Part shown: one piece after another, positions 51,646-62,400 of the stretch | Layout of the letters: each line of letters begins with the position of its first letter | Numbering within the stretch: the first letter of the stretch is position 1 | Assembly: GCF_006345805.1 (NCBI RefSeq) | Contig: NC_043006.1 | Location: forward strand, 6,200,001 to 6,264,000 | From: Octopus sinensis | Lineage: Eukaryota | Direction of reading: 5' to 3' | DNA: 64,000 nt | Translations under genes and position numbers: made by a program | The notes under the pieces: model-generated | Seen by the model: the letters and a program-made list of their open reading frames with translations, nothing else | Database searches by the model: none | Told to the model about the DNA's origin: nothing

Positions 51646-51651
51646 TTTATT
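51646..51651 (-). terminator. Candidate polyadenylation signal AATAAA of cytochrome c
   Basis: AATAAA about 40 nt downstream of the stop codon on the minus strand. Confidence 0.5.
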
Positions 51652-51691
51652 ATCTAATCCTATTATTTTGAGATCTCTAAGTCAATTGTCA

Positions 51692-51840
51692 TTATGATTT
51701 ACAGCATTCTTCCAGATAGGCTATAACATCGGCTCGTTCTTTTTCTTTCTTAATACCTGCAAATATCATCTTTGTGCCAGGAATGTATTCCTTGGGATTC
51801 TTTAGATAAATAAAAAGAGTCTCCCTTGTCCAAGTAATAC
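51692..51840 (-). CDS. CYCS: Cytochrome c, coding exon 2 ([49 protein letters not shown])
   Basis: Acceptor tattttccag|GT in phase 1; W59, Y67, PGTKM80, FAG motifs; TAA stop. 181+149 = 330 nt = 109 aa; intron 2291 nt. Confidence 0.97.
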
Positions 51841-52055
51841 CTGGAAAATACAGATGAAAAAAAAAAAAAAAAAAAGTCAATTTTGTTACCATTTTCTAAG
51901 ATTCTTAAACAGAATATTTCTAATAGAAAAAAAAAAAAAGAATATTATGAAATGTTAAAAAGAGTAAAAGTGAATAAATTAGCAGAGATGACTAGCAACT
52001 TGCTGTGTGGAGCAGGTGTGCTTGGAAATGCAGGCCAGGTAAAAATGGACATTAA

Positions 52056-52360
52056 CTCCTTACCCGGCAGAAACGAATATATGCGTTTTGACCGAAATCG
52101 TTTTTTTCTATCTCTGGCGAGTTAACTCGTTAAAAGATAGACTCGCCAAAAATCGACAGCAAACGAGTTCCTTCGTCTAAAAACGGGTTAACTCGTTTCT
52201 GCCCAAAGCGGTAATTTAAAATCAATATTATTGAATTAAAATTCATAATAAATAAGGTTTGAAATATACCTCGAAATCACCATTCAAAACATAGTAAAAT
52301 AAAACAATTAAAAAATATGTCTGAAAAAATACATTTTCAAAATAATTGTTGGGTAAGGGG
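52056..52360. mobile_element. piggyBac-like MITE in the cytochrome c intron
   Basis: TTAA-CTCCTTACCC...GGGTAAGGGG-TTAA. Confidence 0.65.
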
Positions 52361-52384
52361 TTAAAATTGTATATCAAATTCGAT

Positions 52385-52912
52385 GACTGGCGTCTGTGCT
52401 AGCGGGGTACAAAGAGCACCATACGAGTGTGATCATTGACAGAGCGGCCAACTGGCTTCAGTGCCAGTGGCACTTAAAAGGCATCATTCGAGCATGATCG
52501 TTGCCAGCGTCACCTTACTGGCACTCGAGCCCCGTGCTAGTAGGGTATCAAGAGCACCATCCGAGCGTGATCGTTGCTAGAGCGGCTATTTGGCCTCTGT
52601 GCCGGTGGCACGTAAAAAACACCATTCGAGCGTGATCGTTACCAGCATCGCCTCACTGGCACCTGTGCCAGTGGCATGTGTAAAAGATTCGAGCGAGGTC
52701 ATTGCCAGTGCCGCCTGACTGGCCCCGTGCCGGTGGCATGTAAAAGCACCCACTACACTCTCGGAGTGGTTGGCGTTAGGAAGGGCATCCAGCTGTAGAA
52801 ACTCTGCCAGATCAAGATTGGAGCCTGGTGCAGCCATCTGGTTTGCCAGTCCTCAGTCAAAATCGTCCAACCCATGCTAGCATGGAAAGCGGATGTTAAA
52901 CGATGATGATGA
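52385..52912 (+). mobile_element. SINE family B variant in the cytochrome c intron
   Basis: Subrepeats plus core plus (GAT)n tail. Confidence 0.85.
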
Positions 52913-54131
52913 TTAACATTTGCTCCTTTAACATTCATTTTTCCATGCCAGCAGAAGTCGAATGAGTACGCAGAGTATTTACAGTTAGATTCTCTTCCTG
53001 TCATTAACCTTCACATGGTTCCTTATACCATGTCTCTGAAAGCAGAGAACCAGAGGATGATTTCTTTCTTTCCTTTTTATTTTGTTTGATAGAAAATGTC
53101 AACAAACATCAAAGTTCCATTTAGTTCAAGACTTTTCATACAAAGTGAGTAATAAGTCAACTGGTTTCAGTGGAAAAGCAACAGTTGGTCTGTCACTAAT
53201 TCATTTCTAGCAATTACGTCCCCTTCCTTTGAAAGTTTATAACAATTACTAAATTTCCCTTCAAATTTCATCCCAACCTTTTTTTTTTTTTGCATACAGC
53301 AAGCTTAACTGTGTGTCGCTTAAAGAATATATAGTATTTGCAAGTGGAGAGAGAGCTTTCATCACTTGTGGTTGTCTCACACTGAGGATGGGAAACGTCC
53401 AGAAACCTAGGTCTGTATCATGTAAGGCTAAAAATGGGAGTGATGACCTCCCTTGCAAATGCTATATGGACACAAACTGTGAGTTAATAGCCAGAGATTA
53501 CATCACCCCCCCCCCAGTGCACAACTGGTACTTTATTTATCGACCCCGAAAGGTTGAAAGGCAAAGTCAACCTCAGCGGAATTTGAACTCACAACGTCGC
53601 GACAGACGAAATACAGCTAAGCATTTTGCCCAACGTGCTAACGTTTCTGCAAGCTCACCCACCTATCCCGTACCATTCATGCTGTTTTACCACACATTTT
53701 TACAACAGCAACAATGAAATGTAATTTATGAAAAAAAACCCATTCTTTACTGAACAGTTCATTTAACAATCTGAAGAAAATATTAAAAGAACTTTCAGTT
53801 ATGCTAACCCATAATCTAAATGTAGATTCTTATGTTATTTCTCATTGTTCGTCCTATTTTCTAATTTTATTCCTCCTGCTTCCCGACATTCTGTGACATT
53901 TTGCGTACTAAGGAAGAATATAATAGTTCTCATTTCATTTGTTGAAATATGGTTATACCATTTCATAGGACTGGAGCAGATCGGTGAAATTTTAACACGA
54001 CTTACAAATAGAGGCCAAGGAAAATTCATTTTGCTAAAACATACAATAAACAAATTAGGAAGACTATAACATATTCACAGAACTGTCGGAAGCATTTAGT
54101 AAAGAGCCAAGAATTCTCCAGTAACACTTAC

Positions 54132-54312
54132 CTTTGTTTTTATTGGCCTCAGTGTAAGCAAAGCCAGGTGCCTGGCCAGTTTTACGTCCTATCAGACAAT
54201 ACAAATTTGGTCCAGTTTTGTGTTTTCCACCAGGATCTACTGTATGGCACTGAGCACACTTCTTTTGGAAAATGCTTTTACCCTTAGCTGCATCTCCAGC
54301 AGGAATTGGCAT
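54132..54312 (-). CDS. CYCS: Cytochrome c, coding exon 1 ([60 protein letters not shown] + G)
   Basis: CXXCH heme motif and [13 protein letters not shown] motifs. Acceptor tttctag|G one base before the ATG; phase-1 donor G|gtaagt at 54131; 181 nt. Confidence 0.97.
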
Positions 54313-54486
54313 CCTAGAAATAAGAAATACGCCAAGTCAGTATAAATTGTTATAAACTTTAAAATCATTAATGAATTTATCAGACTTAAATATAATAAAC
54401 TGAATGAAATTTGCATATCTTCAAACCAAATAATGTTTGTGATTTTGTGCATCTAACTGGAATTCCATAGTTTTATTGAATTTTAC

Positions 54487-54734
54487 CTGAGGAATTACAA
54501 CCGTGTTTCGTGGTTTGCTACCACAACAGCTCCTTTATAGGATCCAGTTAGCTCAAGACATCATCAGGAGGAACCACGTCCGGTTTCGGTCCCTACCCCT
54601 CTACCGTTTTGACGTGGCGGGACCCCCCCCTTTCGGAGGTATCTTCAGCTCTGGTGTTGGGTGCATGTCTTCTTTCTTCTTCTGTGCCTGGCCCCTTCGA
54701 TGTAGCATCAGTGAGTGTCAGCAGGTGACTGACT
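54487..54734 (-). other. CYCS: Probable non-coding first exon of the cytochrome c gene (5' end uncertain)
   Basis: Donor CCTCAG|gtaaaa at 54486 gives a 173-nt intron to the acceptor at 54314. The start could be near 54734 (TCAGTC Inr) or near 54509 (30 nt below TATAAAG). Confidence 0.5.
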
Positions 54735-54834
54735 GACTTGTCAAATATTTTCCCTTTAAATACCTGCCGCATAGGCTCCAGCAGGCAGCCCCAGCAAGTT
54801 GTCACGTGACACTGTCTCACCTTAACTGACCAAT
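54533..54834 (-). promoter_or_regulatory. Candidate cytochrome c promoter region
   Basis: GC-richer island with TATAAAG (54539-54533), TGACGT (54610), GGCGGG (54616), TCAGTC Inr-like repeats (54736-54727), TATTTAAA (54762-54755), palindromic E-box GTCACGTGAC (54801-54810) and CCAAT (54830). Confidence 0.45.
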
Positions 54835-55304
54835 GAAGACACATAGTCTTAGCCCACGCATTCTCTAAACGACCATCACCTGTCAGTCAGCGAAGCTAAT
54901 TCAGTGTCAGCTTGTCTCACCTAGTGATGTTATTTCCCGCCAGCATGTTATGACTTTCAAGCCATTTTTGGTCTTCCCGCTTCAGCCATATATAGAAGCT
55001 GACTTTTTCGACCGCCTCCTGTACTCTCCTTATTAGTTTTTGCAGCTCGAGGCTAGAAAAAACAAATCTTCTTTGTTTTTTCTAGCTCCAAAAAAATTTT
55101 TTTTTCGTTTGTGTGTGCATATAAATATGTATATATATAAAAAATTAATATCAACAGCAGTTTGCAATGTCTCACCAAAAGAAGAATTCCAAATGTCACT
55201 AAATGCAACTAGGATGTCAGAAAACATCTTATTCTATATTTTTGAGACGAGGAATTATGTACATTATTTACAAGGAATGGATAGGTGTCCTCACCTTGTT
55301 CGTT

Positions 55305-55350
55305 ATCACAACATTTCGGCTGATGTACTCTCCAGCCTTCATCAGGTATT
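55305..55350 (-). ncRNA. Minimal type I hammerhead ribozyme motif in a Penelope terminal repeat
   Basis: CTGATGA-A-GGCTG-loop-CAGCC-GAAA-T-GTT; intact core and 5-bp stem II. Confidence 0.55.
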
Positions 55351-55979
55351 CTGGTAGAATTTCACACCCAACCCTTTATTTAACTAACAGGGTACACTGG
55401 TTTAATTCCTTAGGTATGTTGCTGATGTTATATTTTTCTGATATTATTTTTCAAGTCCCTACCTGGGACTGAACTTAGAATCCGAGGGTTAGTAGCCCGC
55501 ACTCTTATCCACCATGCTATATGCATGTGGGCAATTATAGAGTGAATTTTAGGGCTTATAGATCTAGCATTTTATCTTTTCTTAATACTGGTTCCCATAT
55601 TACATTCATATCTACACTAAGTCTGCTTAGGAGGTTACTGTGTCCTAGAATATGTGCAGACTCTTTTAATTTTCGTATTTTTCCAGTGGTGTTCTCTGTC
55701 CAGTATTTAAACTTCATCACACAGTGGGAGGTGGGGCTCCGCTTTTCCATACATGATCAGCTGTACCTGATTTTTCAACATCCACTCGTGTCACAGTTTT
55801 ACGATGTTCCTCTACCCTTACTTTAAGGAGGTGGCATGTCTCGCCTTCGTATAACCTACAACTGCATGGGATGGAGTAGATGCAGTTTTAGGACATATTC
55901 TCTTCCACGTGTAGTTTTGCTCGAAGGAGATATTTGCAAAGTGTTGTATTACTTCTGAATACTGTCCTGATGTCATATG

Positions 55980-56199
55980 GACTCTTTACTCTTTTACTTG
56001 TTTCAGTCATTTGACTGTGGCCATGCTGGAGCACCACCTTTAATCGAGCAAATCGACCCCGGGACTTATTCTTTTGTAAGCCCAGTACTTATTCTATCGG
56101 TCTCTTTTGCCAAACCGCTAAGTAACGGGGACATAAACACACCAGCATTGGTTGTCAAGCAATGCTAGGGGGACAAACACAGACACACAAACACACACA

Positions 56200-56255
<56 letters not shown>

Positions 56256-56419
56256 TACGACGGGCTTCTTTCAGTTTCTGTCTACCAAATCCACTCACAA
56301 GGCTTTGGTCGGCCCAAGGCTATAGTAGAAGGCACTTGCCCAAGGTGCCACGCAGTGGGACTGAACCCGGAACCATGAGGTTGGTAAACAAGCTACTTAC
56401 CACACAGCCACTCCTGCGC
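55980..56419 (-). mobile_element. SINE family A
   Basis: Full-length copy nested in a Penelope element. Confidence 0.9.
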
Positions 56420-56918
56420 TTGCATATCTTTTGTATCTTTTGTGAGAGGCCTTTGACATAGGGTAGACAGACTGTGCTCAGTTTATAGGGTTTCATTCTC
56501 TCTCCTCTTCCTAACAGGAGTGGATAGTATACTTTCTGAATAGTTGTTGCACAGGAGATTATTTCTTAGCCTGATCATTTCTTTGTGGCGTGTGTCAGGA
56601 TCGCTACTTACAGTCGTCTTTGGCCATGCTTTAGGCACTGACCGATCCCTCTCTTTACTTAGGTTTTAATAGCAAACTTTTTGAGACTTTCCAAACCAAA
56701 CATTACTAACGAAGAAAAGTTCACAATTAAAACAAAGTGACAAATATATATATATAGATACACACACACACATATATACTTCTCCTGTGTTTTGCCTCCT
56801 CATTCTGTTGTTTGTTCTGCTTGAAGGAGTTGCCTCCATTGTGGATAGCAGTTCTCCAGGCTGTCCTGTCCATGGCAATTTGTTCCCATGAATATGGCTG
56901 TATGTATATATATATATA

Positions 56919-57325
56919 GGCGCAGGAGTGGCTGTGTGGTAAGTAGCTTGCTTACCAACCACATGGTTCCGGGTTCAGTCCCACTGAGTGGCACCTTGGG
57001 CAAGTGTCTTCTGCTATAGCCCCGGGCCGATCAATGCCTTGTGAGTGGATTTGGTAGACGGAAACTGAAAGAAGCCTGTCGTATATATGTACATATATAT
57101 ATATGAGTGTGTGTGTTTGTGTGTCTGTCTTTGTCTCCCTAGCATTGCTTGACAACCGATGCTAGTGTGTTTACGTCCCCGTCACTTAGCGGTTCGGCAA
57201 AAGAGACCGATAGAATAAGTACTGGGCTTACAAAGAATAAGTCCCGGGGTCGATTTGCTCGACTAAAGGCGGTGCTCCAGCATGGCCGCAGTCAAATGAC
57301 TGAAACAAGTAAAGAGAGTAAAGAG
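56919..57325 (+). mobile_element. SINE family A
   Basis: Full-length copy. Confidence 0.9.
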
Positions 57326-57356
<31 letters not shown>

Positions 57357-57458
57357 ATATGTGACCACATGTGTACCATTGGTGATATTTTTCCTCCGTC
57401 TTCCCTTCCTGAGACGGTGTGAGAGGAAAAATTAAGACCTAATTTTTCCTCTCACACC

Positions 57459-57510
57459 GTCTCCGATGAAGGGATATTATTAATTAATATCCTAGAAACA
57501 GCTGTAAGAC
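57459..57510 (+). ncRNA. Minimal hammerhead ribozyme-like motif (second family)
   Basis: GTCT-CCGATGA-stem(GGATATTA/TAATATCC)-GAAAC-AGCT-GTA-AGAC; stem I GTCT/AGAC, palindromic stem III, GUA cleavage triplet; the core has C in place of U4. Confidence 0.5.
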
Positions 57511-58072
57511 CTTCTATCTATAAATGCTCTAATATCTATACAGCCTTGGTTTTTTATCTCATTACGCAAAAAATTCATATATACACACGCTGACATAGAA
57601 CCAATGTTGAACCCTTTATTCGCAATATTACTGAATCTGGAACTTAACTATGGTCTGTCTATAGCACTTATTCTGCATTACCTGACACCTTTGGGTATCA
57701 ATGACACCATTATCTCTTATAACCTCAACTTCTTGCTAATATATATGATCACCGTGACCGACCAGGCTATCAGATGTTGCTACACATCGCTGGTCACAAT
57801 GCACTTCGCATTGTCTTAGCCTTCAAATGACGCCACCCCATTGGCTAAGCGGGCAGGCCAACAGAAGAAAGTGTAAGAGAAACTTGTGGCGAAAGAGTAC
57901 AGCAGGGATTGCCACCACCCCCTGCCAGAGCCTCGAGGGGCTTTAGGTGTTTTCGCTCAATAAACACTCACAACACCCGGTCTGGGAATCGAAACCGCGA
58001 TTCTACGACCGCGAGTCCACTGCCCTAACCACTGGGCCATTGAGCCTCCAATCTATATATATATATATATAT

Positions 58073-58305
58073 AGGCGGCGAGCTGGCAGAAACGTTAGCA
58101 CGCTGGGCGAAATGCGTTACCGTATTTCGTCTGCCGTTATGTTCCGAGTTCAAATTCCACCGAAGTCGACTTTGCCTTTCATCCTTTCTGGGTGTCGATA
58201 AATTAAGTACCAGTTACGCACTGGGGTCGATGTAATTGACTTAATCCCTTTGTCTGTCCTTGTTTGTCTCCTCTGTGTTTAGCCCCTTGTGGGTAGTAAA
58301 GAAAT
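58073..58305 (+). mobile_element. SINE family C (head GGCGGCGAGCTGGCAGAAACG)
   Basis: Full copy. Minus-strand copies at about 10040-10268, 20620-21030 (tandem), 34500-34732, 46620-46790 and 53490-53660; composite at 48985-49445. Confidence 0.85.
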
Positions 58306-58801
58306 ATATATATATATATATATATATATATCATCATCATCATCATCGTTTAACGTCCGTTGTCCATGCTAGCATGGGTTGGACGGTTCGACCGGGGATC
58401 TGGGAAGCCAGAAGGCTGCACCAGGCTCCAGTCTTATCTGGCAGTGTTTCTACAGCTGGATGCCCTTCCTAACGCCAACCACTCCGTGTGTGTATATATA
58501 TATACACACACATACATGACTGGACAAACAAAAGAAGATGGCACTCCACACACTTAGTAGGAGTTCCATGTATTCTTTAAAGCAGTTTGATTCAGTTCCA
58601 TGTGACTTGAGCCCTTCTTTCAGGCTTAGATTTTCAAACTTTAAGCCCGAAAGAGGCAAGCTTCCATTAGAGGCGCATGAAGCTTGTAAGTCACAGGGAG
58701 CTGGATCTAAATGTTTCAAATATTCTCTTTCAGCTGTAAAATATTTGCTTCAACAATATGAACACCATTTCACTCATTTTTATATAGAAAACTGCGAAGG
58801 A

Positions 58802-59200
58802 GGTGTAGGAGTGGCTGTGTGGTAAGTAGCTTGCTAACAAACCACATGGTTCCGGGTTCAGTCCCACTGCACGGCACCTTGGGCAAGCGTCTTCTGCTAT
58901 AGCCCCGGGCCGACCAATGCCTTGTGAGTGGATTTGGTAGACGGAAACTGAAAGAAGCCTGTCGTATATATGTATATATATATAAGTGTGTGTGTGTGTT
59001 TGTGTGTCTGTGTTTGTCCCCCCCAGCATTGCTTGACAACCGATGCTGATGTGTTTACGTCCCCGTCACTTAGCGGTTCGGCAAAACAGACCGATAGAAT
59101 AAGTACTGGGCTTACGAAGAATAAGTCCTGGAGTCGATTTGCTCGACTAAAAGCGGTGCTCCAGCATGGCCGCAGTCAAATGACTGAAACAAGTAAAGAG
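58802..59200 (+). mobile_element. SINE family A
   Basis: Full-length copy. Confidence 0.9.
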
Positions 59201-60191
59201 AGATGGAGAGAGAGAGAGAGGTGTATACATGTGGTTCATGAAATAACTTGGCAGTTTTAAAAGTAAGGACAGTAACTCTCATCTTAATTGAACTTGATTA
59301 TATACTGTAAATTATTAGATTACTAACACTATGACCTGGCAATGCCGGATCCTAGTGCTAGTGCATGCACACGTACACGCGAGTACTGTCCAAATCTACG
59401 ACCAATCACGTACAGCCAGCTGGCATTCAATTGTTGTATCAAGTTTCGGGCATTTTGATTGGGTTTTCTACTGATTTTTTAATGGCTTTGTGGGGTGACT
59501 GGGGAAATGTAACGATGTGCACGACCACCCTTGGACGGTTTTGAATGACCATAGAAAGTGCAAGCCCTCTAACTGAAAAATTGTGGATTTGTATAAAGGA
59601 CACACACACAAACACATATACATACACACACACAGACATTTTGCCGTTTATATATATAGAGATTACCATCATCATTATTTACTGTCATTAGATCATACAA
59701 TAAAACCATTAGAGAAGGCACTAAAACTCTTTAACACAATAAAAATCATCAAATGACAAAGCATTGAATCAATACATTATTAAATGACAGATTCAATAAT
59801 TAGAATGTTGAGAGCATCCTAGGTAATAACAACACACAACCAATGTTGAATAAGGACAAAACAGATAGTAGTAGAATATTACGAAACTAATGGTTTATCA
59901 ATTTTCCTTAATATCTTTATCGTGTCAATACTTGTGAAAAAAATACAAGGCAATATTGAACTAGACTGAATATAAGGAGAGTTTACGAAAAAAAAAACAA
60001 CAAAAGACGAAGACAGGTGGTGTACAAAACAAACAGATGTATTAGTATAACGCTCAGGAATAGAAAAAAGTATTTTATGTTTTGAGCCTACGCTCTTCTA
60101 CAGAAAGGGACACAGAAAAAAAGAAACAAGGAGAGAAAAAATGTGTGTAGTGGCTAACGATCTATCATGGCAGTCGCCATGATATACATAC

Positions 60192-60226
<35 letters not shown>

Positions 60227-60462
60227 GTGAGAGAGAGAGAGGGAGAACTCACAAAAAAAAAGACGAAGACAGGTAATGTACACAACAAACAGATGTATTA
60301 GTATAATGCTCAGGAATAGAAAAGTCTTTTACATTTTGAGCCTACGCTCTTCTACAGAAAGGGACACAGAAAAAAACAAGGAGAGAAAAAAATGTGTGTA
60401 GTGGCTAACGATCTATCATGGCGACTGCCAGACAGAAGGGTGCTGAAATACTTGGTGTAAGC

Positions 60463-60768
60463 CAGAGGTTCTCAACCAGGGTCCATGAAACAAAATAGCA
60501 AACTGGGGATAAACAATAGTATTTCAAGGGCCCTTGGAAACATTTTGCATTTGATGTGTGTTGGTATGTATGGCAAGAAACAGTTGGGTTTCTTTCTCCA
60601 ACATTTTACATAGTTCAACCTCCACAAGTTAATGTGTGAAAAACAAAATAGAGATTTAGGAAGCAGTTCCCATCAAACTAGTTTTTCAAGATTGAATGGC
60701 TATAGGGTCCACCAGAATAAAATAGTAATCAAAGGGGTCCATAGATAAAAAACGGTTGAGAACCCCTG
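60463..60768. mobile_element. hAT-like MITE
   Basis: CAGAGGTTCTCAACC...GGTTGAGAACCCCTG; imperfect 8-bp target duplication GTGTAAGC/GCATAAGC. Confidence 0.7.
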
Positions 60769-61139
60769 GCATAAGCCATGAAATTTTAATTTTATCCAAC
60801 TAGATTTATTAAAGCAAATATTGGAAACATTTATTACTAATAAATATTTATACCTAATCAAAAATCTTTAACTACTTTTCATCTGACCCCTAGTATCTAC
60901 TTTAACCCGATTTTATCCCCTATGTTTGTTAACAATTCTACTGCATTCTTACCTGATCTTTTAACTGCTCTTAATGTCATCCAATTTTAATCTATAACTG
61001 CTTTAACTTTTCTAATCAGACATTTGTAATTAAGTGATTAATAATTAGGAGTATTATTTCATCCCATACAAAGCAAATTTCTCCAGTTGATCAGTACAGA
61101 AGGAATTGAAAAATGTTCAAGAAAGTATGAACATGTTAA

Positions 61140-61360
61140 CCCTTTCATTACCGTATTTATTTTGAGATTCTCTGTGTTCCTTTCAATTATTTTAAATATA
61201 ACAAAGAATTTAGTAACATAACTTAGTTATCATTAAGCTAGCGTTGGGAACATAAATTGGGACTAAGTTTTGATGGAAGATTTTAATTCAAAACTTATGA
61301 AAACAAAACATTTGTACTACAGATCCACAGCCGGTTTCAGCCGGGTTGGTAACGAAAGGG
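61140..61360. mobile_element. piggyBac-like MITE
   Basis: TTAA-CCCTTTCATTACC...GGTAACGAAAGGG-TTAA. Confidence 0.8.
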
Positions 61361-61589
61361 TTAATGAACGAAATCTTTCTCTGAGAAATTAACATATGTG
61401 TAATGAAGATCTGTTTTGTACTTCAAATACAACCTGAATAACATAAGATAACAATATAACTTATGTAAGAATACATATACTTTTGGTATGTAGTGTGAAA
61501 TGTGTATTACTACCCAATAAGACAAGTGAAAGAAAACTATAGTCACTGTGATCACAATGAGACAACAAGACTCTGGAAGAAATGATCCA

Positions 61590-62400
61590 GCCAAGTAACA
61601 ATCTATTAAGTAACAACTAGCCCCAAAAACATACCAGCCAATCCAGTTATGATGAAAGGAGAGTATGAAACCATTAAAGTGTCCACAGTCTGTCTACCCT
61701 ATATGAAAGGCCTCTCCGAGAAGATACAAAAGATATGCGGCCCATATGACATCAGGACAGTATTCAAGAGTAATACAACACTTTGCAAATATCTCCAAGT
61801 AAAACCACCAATAGAAGAGAATATGACCAAAGACTGCGTGTACTCCTTCCAATGCAGCTGTGGTAGGTTATACAAAGGAGAAACATACCACCCCTCAAAA
61901 TAAGGGTAGACGAACATCACAAAGCTGTGACATGAGGAGATATTGATATAGCGGATCATGTATGGAAAAATGGAGCACCCCCCCCCCCCCGTGGGATGAA
62001 GTTAAAATAATAGATAGAGAACACCACTGGAAAATACGAAATCTAAAAGAAGCAACACATATGCTAGGACAAAACAACCTCCTAAGCAGATTGAGTGCAG
62101 ATATGAACAGCATATGGAAACTGGTATTAAGGAAGGATAGGAAAATATTAGATTTAGAAGCCCTAAAATTCACTCCATAATTGCCCACAGGCATATGGTG
62201 TAGTGGTTAAGGGTGTGGGCTACTAACCCCAAGATTCTGAGTTTGATACCAGGCAGTGAACTGAATAATAACATTGAAAAATTCCTTAGGAATGAGGACC
62301 CAAGTTCAAAATTTTCCCAAGATACCTGATGAATGCTGGAGGGTATATCAGCTGAAATGTGGTGTCAAATATCTGTCAAGTGTAAATAATGTACATAATT
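61590..62400 (+). mobile_element. Penelope-like element 3' part (GIY-YIG + terminal repeat)
   Basis: TVCLPYMKGLSEKIQKIC...CVYSFQCSCGRLYKGETY; same tRNA-like and hammerhead segment as the other copies. Confidence 0.9.
62321..62366 (+). ncRNA. Degenerate hammerhead motif (Penelope terminal repeat)
   Basis: CTGATGA-ATGCTG-loop-CAGCT-GAAAT-GTG-GTGTC. Confidence 0.4.

Larger units (their letters stand above)
55240..56590 (-). mobile_element. Penelope-like element 3' part (GIY-YIG + terminal repeat), split by a SINE at 55980-56419
   Basis: High similarity to the reverse complement of 7340-7960 and 8640-8770. Confidence 0.85.

Noticed and set aside
54821-54960. Donors AG|gtgaga at 54820 and 54920, each preceded by an ATG in frame with cytochrome c (MRGLRLCVFIGQLR- or MLAGNNITR- extensions)
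   Set aside because: Both lie upstream of the promoter-like motifs, a closer donor exists at 54486, and in-frame status has a 1-in-3 chance each; not supportable without 5' transcript data.
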